NCBI GenBank assembly: GCA_050250895.1
Contig: JBFWNU010000003.1
Span: 1-64,000, forward strand
Reading direction: 5' to 3'
Source of the DNA: Vulcanimicrobiota bacterium
GTDB taxonomy: Bacteria > Vulcanimicrobiota > Xenobia > Xenobiales > JADMJV01
Length of the DNA: 64,000 nucleotides
Part shown: piece by piece, positions 56,789 through 64,000 of the stretch
Layout: each line of letters opens with the position of its first letter
Numbering within the stretch: position 1 is the stretch's first letter
Notes under the pieces: model-generated
What the model was told of the DNA's origin: nothing
Seen by the model: only the letters and a program-made list of their open reading frames with translations
Database searches by the model: none
Made by a program: the position numbers and the translations under genes

Positions 56789-57379
56789 ATGAGGATTCAA
56801 ACGGCCCTGCGTGGCCAGTCCATCCCCAGGTCGAACCAAAAACCGGTCGCGCCGTCGCCGGCCCCCGACTGCTTCACGCCGTCAGAGGTCACCCTGCCAC
56901 TGCTTGACCCTAAGCTCTTCTCACCACCAGATCACTATCGCCCCGGCGCTCCCAGCCGAACCAGGGTGCATGAGCTCGACGAGCCGGGCCAGCGCTTGCA
57001 TCTGATGGGGCGCGTCGTCGACCCTGCCGGTTACGGAGTCTATGACGCCGATGTCGAGGTCTGGATGGCCGACGCCTCGGGTCGCTATGGCGACGGTCCC
57101 GAGTTTCACGGGCGAGGGCAACAGATCACCGATCCCAGCGGCAGCTTTCATTTTCACTCGGTCAAACCCGGCCGGGCCGAGGGCCCGCCCTGCATCTATC
57201 TGCGCATCAAAGCCCAGGACTACGAGACCCGAACCGTGCGTCTGCTGTTTGCTAACGAAGAGGACAATCCACCCGGTGCCGACCCGCCCCCCGTCGAGCT
57301 GTTCGCGGTGGGTGAGGGTGAGGACCGCTTCTGGCTGGCCGAAACCGAGGTCGTTCTGACCCCGCGTCGCAGAGGTTGA
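56789..57379 (+). CDS. Intradiol dioxygenase-like protein lacking most iron ligands
   Basis: GRVVD, VEVWMADASGRY, GRG and TD..G.F.F.SVKPG motifs; the HIH motif is replaced by CIY. Confidence 0.7.
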   Translation: MRIQTALRGQSIPRSNQKPVAPSPAPDCFTPSEVTLPLLDPKLFSPPDHYRPGAPSRTRVHELDEPGQRLHLMGRVVDPAGYGVYDADVEVWMADASGRYGDGPEFHGRGQQITDPSGSFHFHSVKPGRAEGPPCIYLRIKAQDYETRTVRLLFANEEDNPPGADPPPVELFAVGEGEDRFWLAETEVVLTPRRRG

Positions 57380-58134
57380 GGCCGAGCCTTCCCGAAAGGG
57401 CGGGCGTGGAGTTGGGCGGAAAATTCGGTATCGTGACCGGGGCCTCACGAGGTATCGGTCGGGCCGTGGCTCTGGCGCTTGGTCGCCGGGGGGCCGAGGT
57501 TTGTGTGCATTATTGCCAGCAACGCGCCCAGGCCGAGGCGGTGGTCAGCCAGCTCGCGGGTGGATTTGCCTGCCAGGCCGACCTGAGCTTGCCGGACCAG
57601 GTCGAGGACCTGGTCGAAGCGGCCCGCCAGCATTTTGGCCGCCTCGACTTTCTCGTCAACAACGCGGCCGTGATGTCTCGCAAGCCGGTGTCTGAGGTGA
57701 CGCTCGAGGACTACACCAGCCTCTTCGACCTTAACGTCAGGGCCGTCATGCTGGCGTGCCAGGCGGCCGCCCGCCACCTGACCGAAGGCGGCCGGATCGT
57801 CAACTTCTCGAGTTCGGTCACCCGGCTGCTGCTACCCAACTACTCTCTTTATGCCGCCAGCAAAGGCGCGGTGGAGCAATTTAGCCGGGTGCTGGCCAAA
57901 GAGCTGGGCCCGCGCGGGATCACCGTCAACGTCGTATCCCCGGGACCGACCGATACCGACATGTTTCGCCAGGGTAAGAGTCAGGCCGACATCGAGGCGC
58001 TGGCCGGGGCGGCCGCCCTGGGACGGATCGGTCAACCCACCGACGTGGCCGAGGTGGTGGCTTTTCTGATCGGTCCGGGCGGAGCCTTCGTGACGGGGCA
58101 GATCCTGGGCGTAAACGGAGGCTTTGCCCCATGA
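57376..58134 (+). CDS. Short-chain dehydrogenase/reductase
   Basis: TGASRGIG, NNA and YAASK motifs; the true start may be the GTG at 57406. Confidence 0.92.
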   Translation: MRPSLPERAGVELGGKFGIVTGASRGIGRAVALALGRRGAEVCVHYCQQRAQAEAVVSQLAGGFACQADLSLPDQVEDLVEAARQHFGRLDFLVNNAAVMSRKPVSEVTLEDYTSLFDLNVRAVMLACQAAARHLTEGGRIVNFSSSVTRLLLPNYSLYAASKGAVEQFSRVLAKELGPRGITVNVVSPGPTDTDMFRQGKSQADIEALAGAAALGRIGQPTDVAEVVAFLIGPGGAFVTGQILGVNGGFAP

Positions 58135-60740
58135 AGCTGATCGTCTCGCACCAGGGTCCCGACTTTGACTCGCTGGCCTCGATGGTGGCCGCCAGCAAGC
58201 TCTATCCCGACGCGGTGGCCGTCATCAGCGGCGTGCCCGAGCCGCCGGTGCGCGAGTTCATCACGCTGCACAAAGGCCATTTTCGCTTTCGCGGGGCCAA
58301 CGAGATCGAACTCCCCGAGGTCGAACAGATGGTGCTGGTGGATGTGCGCAATCCGACCCGCCTGGGGCGCTTTCGCCAGTTGGCCCAGGACCCGCGCGTG
58401 AAGCTTCATATCTATGACCATCACCCGGCCACGGCGGAATCCATTCGGGCCGACCTTGAACGGATCGAGCCACTGGGCGCGGCCGTGACCGTGCTGTTGC
58501 AAGAGATTCGCGCGCGCGGGCTGAGCTTGACGCCGGTCGAGGCTACGCTCTGCCTGATCGCCATTTATGAAGAGACCGGCTCGCTACTCTTCCCTTCCAC
58601 CACCGCCCAGGATCTCGAGATGGCCGGCTGGCTGCTGCGTCAGGGCGGCAATCTCAAGGTGGTAGCGCGCTTTGCCCATCATACCCTCAATCCCGAACAG
58701 CGCGAGTTGCTCGAAGAGTTTCTGACGGCCGGTCGGATCGAGTCGATTCAGGGTTTCAGCGTTTTCGTGGCGCTGGCCCGACGGCCCCGGTTCGTCAACG
58801 GCGTGGCCGCGCTGGTTCACCGTTTGCTCGAGATTCAAGAGACCGATTGCGCCGTGGTGATCGTCGAGATGGCCAACAAGGTGTGCGTGGTGGCCCGTAG
58901 CCGCCGGGTTCGCCTGGACGTGGGACGGATTTGCGAGCAGTTGGGCGGGGGCGGTCATCCGGGGGCGGCTTCGGCCACCCTCGACGCCGTCGACCCCGAG
59001 CAGGTCCAAGAGCGGGTGCTAGCCATGTTGGAAGAAAGCTTTCCGCGAGTGCAGACGGCCGGCGACGTGATGACCACTCAGGTGCAGTGTCTCGAGGCCG
59101 AACAGGAAATTACCGTAGCGGAGGCCTCGCGCCTGCTCCGAGAGTGGGGCTTCGCGGGCGTCTGCGTGACCGAGGGGGGTAAGGTGACCGGCATTCTCAG
59201 CCGTAGTGATCTCGATAAGGCCATGGGCCACGAGTTGGGCCACGCCCCGGCCACCGCCTACATGACCCCGCGCGTGATCTCCGTGCGCCCTGAGACGCCT
59301 CTGCAAGAGGTCCAGGGCCTGATGGTCGAGCGCGATGTCGGTCGTGTGCCCGTGCTCGAGGAGGATGGCACCCTGGTGGGTCTGATCAGCCGCACCGACA
59401 TTCTGGCCTCGCTCTATCGAGCCGCCACCGATGACCAACACACTCGGACCAGTGCCCCGGCCGAGTTGTTGCGCCTGCCTGACCTCACCCTCGAATTCTT
59501 GCGACGGTGCTCGCGTCTGGCCCTGGAGCATTCCACCCAGGTGTTTGTGGTGGGCGGCTTCGTGCGCGATTTGCTGCTGGGCCGAGACAACTTCGATATC
59601 GACCTGGTGGTCGAGGGCGATGGCCTGGCTTTTGGCCGCACCCTGGCCGAGGCTACCGGCGGACGGCTGCGTAGCCATCCTCGTTTCGGCACCTGCTCGG
59701 TCATCTACGACGATGGCCCTTTCGAGAAGATCGATGTGGCCAGCGCCCGTTCTGAGCGCTACTGCCGGCCCGCCGCTTTGCCAGCGGTCGAAGGCAGCAC
59801 TCTCAAGCAAGACCTCTACCGACGCGATTTCACTATCAACAGCCTGGCTTTGAGCCTGGATGCCGAGGCCTTCGGCGAGTTGATCGACTATTTCGGTGGC
59901 CGGCGCGATCTCGATGCTGGCATGCTCCGCATCCTGCATAATCTTTCGTTCATCGATGACCCGACCCGCGCTTTTCGGGCCGTTCGCTTCGAAACTCGCC
60001 TGGGATTTCGACTCGAGCCCCACAGCGGACATCTGCTGCGCACGGCCGTGAAAGAGCGGATCTTCGATCATCTGGGGCCGGGTCGTCTGATCGACGAGTT
60101 GCGGCTGTGCCTGGAAGAACCAGAGCCCATGCGGGTGCTCGAGCGTCTCGAGCAATTGAAGCTGCTCAAAGCCGTCGACCCGGGTCTGGGGCTTGACCCC
60201 AAGGTGCGAGCGCGACTCGAGGCGGCCCCGGCCATTCTGGCTCGCCTGGCCGGCTCGGTGGATCGCTGGCGGGTCTATCTGCTGCTGCTCTTGACCCGAC
60301 TCAAGGTAGCGGCTCGCGATGCTTTCGCCTCGCGTTACGGATTAAGTCTCGAACCCTTGCGCCAGGCCCAGGGCCTGGTGGGTAAGCTCAATGCCCCCAA
60401 ACTCTCCATGTCAGAGTTCGAGCAATTGGTCCAGAAGGCTTCCCCCAACTCGCTGTGCCTGATCTGGTCTCTGGCCGGTGAGGGTCGTGTGCAGGAGCGG
60501 CTTTCACGCTATCTCGACTGGTCGCAAGCCCTCGAGCCATTGCTGACCGGACACCAGTTGCTGCAGTTGGGTTACGAGCCCGGTCCCGAGTTCGGGCGTT
60601 TGCTAATGTTGGTGCGCGAGGCCCAATTAGAAGGCAAGCTCGCCACCGCCGAAGAGGCCGTGGCATTTTTGACAGAACGCTTCCCCAGGAGGGAAGGTTG
60701 CCCGAGTGTGAAGAACGCCTCCCCGTTAAGGGAGGGCTAG
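58131..60740 (+). CDS. DHH/DHHA1-CBS-tRNA nucleotidyltransferase (CCA/A-adding enzyme)
   Basis: DFD, DHH, GGGH, two CBS domains, VGGFVRD, DID, RRDFTIN and DDPTR. Confidence 0.92.
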   Translation: MKLIVSHQGPDFDSLASMVAASKLYPDAVAVISGVPEPPVREFITLHKGHFRFRGANEIELPEVEQMVLVDVRNPTRLGRFRQLAQDPRVKLHIYDHHPATAESIRADLERIEPLGAAVTVLLQEIRARGLSLTPVEATLCLIAIYEETGSLLFPSTTAQDLEMAGWLLRQGGNLKVVARFAHHTLNPEQRELLEEFLTAGRIESIQGFSVFVALARRPRFVNGVAALVHRLLEIQETDCAVVIVEMANKVCVVARSRRVRLDVGRICEQLGGGGHPGAASATLDAVDPEQVQERVLAMLEESFPRVQTAGDVMTTQVQCLEAEQEITVAEASRLLREWGFAGVCVTEGGKVTGILSRSDLDKAMGHELGHAPATAYMTPRVISVRPETPLQEVQGLMVERDVGRVPVLEEDGTLVGLISRTDILASLYRAATDDQHTRTSAPAELLRLPDLTLEFLRRCSRLALEHSTQVFVVGGFVRDLLLGRDNFDIDLVVEGDGLAFGRTLAEATGGRLRSHPRFGTCSVIYDDGPFEKIDVASARSERYCRPAALPAVEGSTLKQDLYRRDFTINSLALSLDAEAFGELIDYFGGRRDLDAGMLRILHNLSFIDDPTRAFRAVRFETRLGFRLEPHSGHLLRTAVKERIFDHLGPGRLIDELRLCLEEPEPMRVLERLEQLKLLKAVDPGLGLDPKVRARLEAAPAILARLAGSVDRWRVYLLLLLTRLKVAARDAFASRYGLSLEPLRQAQGLVGKLNAPKLSMSEFEQLVQKASPNSLCLIWSLAGEGRVQERLSRYLDWSQALEPLLTGHQLLQLGYEPGPEFGRLLMLVREAQLEGKLATAEEAVAFLTERFPRREGCPSVKNASPLREG

Positions 60741-60741
60741 T

Positions 60742-62046
60742 TTGCCTCGGTTCAAGTATCACGCCGTCGACAAGAGCGGCAAACCCAAGAGCGGTGAGCA
60801 CAAGGCTCAGGACCGAGCTGCTTTGCTTGACTTTCTGAGGGGTCAGGGCCTGACAGCCCTCAGTGTCGACGAACTCGAAGAGACCGATGCCCCCCCGCCC
60901 AAGGCCGCCAAGCCCGACGAGGAAAAGCCCCGCGAACTCAAAGCCGCCCGCCCTTCAGCCACCACCGCCATCATTTTGGGGACCGGCGTCAATCGCCGCG
61001 ATATCACGGTGTTGACGCGCCAACTGGCCACCACTCTGCACGCCGGCTTGCCCCTGCTGCGTATCATTCATGTGCTGCACCGCGAGTCGACCAATCCCAA
61101 GCTCAAGGGGGTGCTCGAGAACCTCGGCCAGTCCTTGCAGAAAGGCGCGAGCTTTTCAGGGGCTCTCAGCGACCACCCCAAGATCTTCGACGAGATGTAC
61201 ATCAACATGGTGAAGGTGGGCGAGATGGGCGGCAGTCTCTCGGACTGCATGAGCCGATTGGCCCTGATGATGGAAAAGGAGATGACTCTGCGGCGCAAGC
61301 TCAAGTCGGCCATGGCCTATCCCTCCTTCATCCTGATCTTCACGACCATCATGACCTACGCCCTGGTGGCCTTCATGATGCCGATGTTCATCCCCATGTT
61401 TCAAGAGTCGGGCCTGAACATCGAGCGCGACTATCCGCTCACCAACTATTTGATGATGGCCAGCGATTTCGCCACTTCTCCCGTCAAGATGGGGGCCGTC
61501 GTGGTGTTGGGCGTGCTGCTGTTTCTGGCCTACCGGGTCATCTCGAATCAGCCCCAGGGAAAACTGGCGCTCGACTATGCAAAGCTCAAGTTGCCGTTCA
61601 TGTCGGATCTGATCGGCAAGGTCGTGGCCGCCCGTTTTTCGCGCAGCTTCTCGCTGTTGCTCAAGTCGGGCGTTCCCCTCATCGAGGCTTTACGGCTGGT
61701 GGCGGGGGCTGCCGGCAACGAAGCGGTGGCGGTGCGCCTGCGAAAAGTCGGTCGCAACATCCAAGAAGGCGAGACGATCTCGAAGACCCTCAAAGAAGCC
61801 GAGCTTTTTCCCGACCTGCTTATCCAGATGTCTACGATGGGTGAAGAGGCGGGCTCGCTGCCCGACATGCTAGAGCGGGTGGCGGACTATTATGACGAGG
61901 AGGTAGACTCTGCTGTAAGCGCGATGACGGCGCTGCTCGAACCGGCCATGATGGTCATTATCGGCGGCGTGGTCGGAATGTTCGTAATGGGCGTTCTGCT
62001 ACCCATTCTGGGCGTTTCGACCGCCATGCAGCAGCAGATGCAATGA
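60742..62046 (+). CDS. pilC: Type IV pilus/T2SS inner-membrane platform protein PilC/GspF
   Basis: RQLAT...AGLPL, GEMGG, AMAYP, GEEAG and LLEP motifs. Confidence 0.88.
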   Translation: MPRFKYHAVDKSGKPKSGEHKAQDRAALLDFLRGQGLTALSVDELEETDAPPPKAAKPDEEKPRELKAARPSATTAIILGTGVNRRDITVLTRQLATTLHAGLPLLRIIHVLHRESTNPKLKGVLENLGQSLQKGASFSGALSDHPKIFDEMYINMVKVGEMGGSLSDCMSRLALMMEKEMTLRRKLKSAMAYPSFILIFTTIMTYALVAFMMPMFIPMFQESGLNIERDYPLTNYLMMASDFATSPVKMGAVVVLGVLLFLAYRVISNQPQGKLALDYAKLKLPFMSDLIGKVVAARFSRSFSLLLKSGVPLIEALRLVAGAAGNEAVAVRLRKVGRNIQEGETISKTLKEAELFPDLLIQMSTMGEEAGSLPDMLERVADYYDEEVDSAVSAMTALLEPAMMVIIGGVVGMFVMGVLLPILGVSTAMQQQMQ

Positions 62047-63005
62047 GCAGTCAATGGCTTGAAAAACTCTCGCTGGCGCGCACCGTGCCGCAATTTGTCT
62101 CGACTCTCGAAGAGTTGGGGACGGCCCTGCCCGGGGTAGAGACCAGCTTTTTCTATCAGTATGACGGCGCCCAACACCGGCTCCGGCGGCTGGGGCAAGA
62201 GTTCGGTGTCGACGAGCAGACCCAGCCCGGATGTTGCGCTCTCTACCGCGAAGTGATCGAAGGACCCGGCGCTTTGCCCGATGACCAGCAGACCGTCCAT
62301 CTGTCGGTCCCGGTGCGCCACTTTGGCGAACTGGTGGGCGTGTTCTCGGTGGCCAGCTCTGGCAACGGAGCGCTCAAACCCCACCTGATCGAGTTGGCTC
62401 GGGTCGCCGGGGTGGTCTGCGAGAACGTTCGCCAGCGCCAGGAGAGCGCGGCCTATCTCGACCGCTCCCGCGACCTGTTGGTGAGAGCGGTAGAGGCGGT
62501 CAGCAAGGAGGGGACAGGCCACGTCGGTCGGGTGGTTCGACTGTCGTCTGAGCTTGCCAACCTGCTCGACCTGTCGGCCCAATCGCGGGCCGACCTGTTT
62601 GCAGCCGCCCACTATCACGATATCGGCATGCTGATGGTGCCCAGTCACTCGGGCTTTGAGGCCGAGCGGGCCCACCCCCGGGCGGCCGCCGAATTTCTGG
62701 CCGCTTCCAACGCCCTGCGCGACCTGGCCCCCCTGGTCCTGGCTCACCACGAACGGTATGACGGGACGGGCTTTCCGGACGGCAAGTCGGGCGACGATGT
62801 GCCGATCGAAGGGTGGATTCTGGCCCTCGCCGAGGATCTCGACGAGTTCTGGCAGGCCAGCTACAAGACCGATTTTCGCGAGAACCTGGCCGACTTCTTT
62901 GCCCGCCGCGTCGCCGGGCATCACCCCGATGTAGTCGACGCCCTCTGTGGTCTGGCCGACTCGGGTCGGTTGGCCGCTCTTTACGACAATTCAGAACAGT
63001 CGTAG
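62043..63005 (+). CDS. GAF-like plus HD-GYP domain protein
   Basis: HVGRV, HDIG and HHERYDGTGFPDG motifs. Confidence 0.85.
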   Translation: MSSQWLEKLSLARTVPQFVSTLEELGTALPGVETSFFYQYDGAQHRLRRLGQEFGVDEQTQPGCCALYREVIEGPGALPDDQQTVHLSVPVRHFGELVGVFSVASSGNGALKPHLIELARVAGVVCENVRQRQESAAYLDRSRDLLVRAVEAVSKEGTGHVGRVVRLSSELANLLDLSAQSRADLFAAAHYHDIGMLMVPSHSGFEAERAHPRAAAEFLAASNALRDLAPLVLAHHERYDGTGFPDGKSGDDVPIEGWILALAEDLDEFWQASYKTDFRENLADFFARRVAGHHPDVVDALCGLADSGRLAALYDNSEQS

Positions 63006-63611
63006 CGAGCGCAGCGTGTCCTCGAGTTCGCGGTTGCCGATGAACTGATAGGCGGGCATGCCGGCCGCCTGGGCGGCGGCCACATTGTCGGCCGAATCGT
63101 CGATCAGCAGGCAGTTCTTGAGACGGGTCTTGAGCAACTCGGCGGCCCTGGCGAAGATCTCTGGCTGGGGTTTGCGCAGCTTGAGCTGATACGACAACAA
63201 GCAGGGCGAAAAGGGCTCATAGACGCCCATCTTCACCAGCACTCTGGCGTGCTCTTCAATCACGTTCGAAAGGGCGGCCACGCGCACCCGCGCCCGCAGT
63301 CGCTTGCAGAACCCCATTACCTCCTGGTTGATGACCGCCGACTCCTCCAGGCGGCCGGCCCAGAACCCCTTGAACTTCCAGGCGGGCACAGCCTGACCCT
63401 GGCCAGCTCGCTGGAGGCTGTCGCCCAGTAGTTCCCAAAACTGCAGCGAGTCGATCGAGCCGGTCTCGAGGGCGGGCAGCAACGGCTGAGCGTGGGCACG
63501 AACCTGCGCGCCGGTCGACTTGAAAAGGCCGGCAGTGAGTGCGACATAGCTCTCTAATTCGGCCTGCACCACGACCCCCCCGATATCGAACAAAACGGCT
63601 TTTACACCCAT
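62991..63611 (-). CDS. HAD-family phosphatase (YihX-like)
   Basis: FDIGGV, LSN, RKP and IDD motifs. Confidence 0.9.
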   Translation of the reverse strand: MGVKAVLFDIGGVVVQAELESYVALTAGLFKSTGAQVRAHAQPLLPALETGSIDSLQFWELLGDSLQRAGQGQAVPAWKFKGFWAGRLEESAVINQEVMGFCKRLRARVRVAALSNVIEEHARVLVKMGVYEPFSPCLLSYQLKLRKPQPEIFARAAELLKTRLKNCLLIDDSADNVAAAQAAGMPAYQFIGNRELEDTLRSLRLF

Positions 63612-63692
63612 AGCCGGGGGGTTCGCTCAAGCTCTGAAAAGCCCCCCGGAGGTGGGCAGGTTTCCGGCTTGGGAGCGCGCATAGCCTCAGCT

Positions 63693-64000
63693 ATGGCATA
63701 CAATCTTCGTCATCGTCATTTCCTGAAGCTATTGGATTTCGAGCCCGCCGAGATCGGTTTCTTGCTCAAACTCTCGGCCGATCTCAAGACCGCTCGCTAC
63801 GCGGGCACCGAGCAGCCGCTATTGACCGGCAAGAGTGTGGCCTTGATTTTCGAGAAAGCCTCGACGCGCACGCGCTGCGCCTTTGAAGTGGCCGCCTATC
63901 AGCAGGGCGCCCACGTCACCTATCTGGGCCCGACCGGCTCGCACATCGGCAACAAAGAGACGATGAAGGACACGGCCCGGGTGCTAGGACGTATGTATGA
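63693..64000 (+). CDS. argF: Ornithine carbamoyltransferase (partial, runs off the window end)
   Basis: Hand translation [16 protein letters not shown]...[16 protein letters not shown]...[15 protein letters not shown]. Confidence 0.92.
   Translation, partial: MAYNLRHRHFLKLLDFEPAEIGFLLKLSADLKTARYAGTEQPLLTGKSVALIFEKASTRTRCAFEVAAYQQGAHVTYLGPTGSHIGNKETMKDTARVLGRMY

Noticed and set aside
58131-60740. DHH-CBS-nucleotidyltransferase fusion as a novelty
   Set aside because: Known architecture of A-adding/CCA enzymes in several phyla.

Overview
GC-rich bacterial chromosomal window; the gene style suggests Vulcanimicrobiota/Eremiobacterota, which is inference only. It holds about 50 CDS, largely housekeeping and signalling: tex, prmA, slyD, corA, pfkA, mdh, partial argF, a DHH-CBS tRNA nucleotidyltransferase, an RND pump, type IV pilus minor pilins plus PilC, and hybrid histidine kinases. 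Five things stand out. (1) A >2,000-aa PKTDx pentapeptide-repeat protein on the minus strand that the ORF track missed. (2) An accessory Rhs toxin/immunity locus (15.4-20.6 kb) invaded by an HNH endonuclease gene. That gene is followed directly by a ~240-nt structured element, and a diverged second copy lies inverted 2 kb away. The two copies differ by compensatory base changes, pointing to an unrecognised HNH-associated structured RNA. (3) Two sibling ~55-nt sRNA genes, each with an FNR box centred at exactly -41.5 and an intrinsic terminator. (4) Many leaderless promoters and two recurring 11-bp-period direct-repeat operator motifs. (5) Several apparent pseudo-enzymes and a frameshifted MFS gene.
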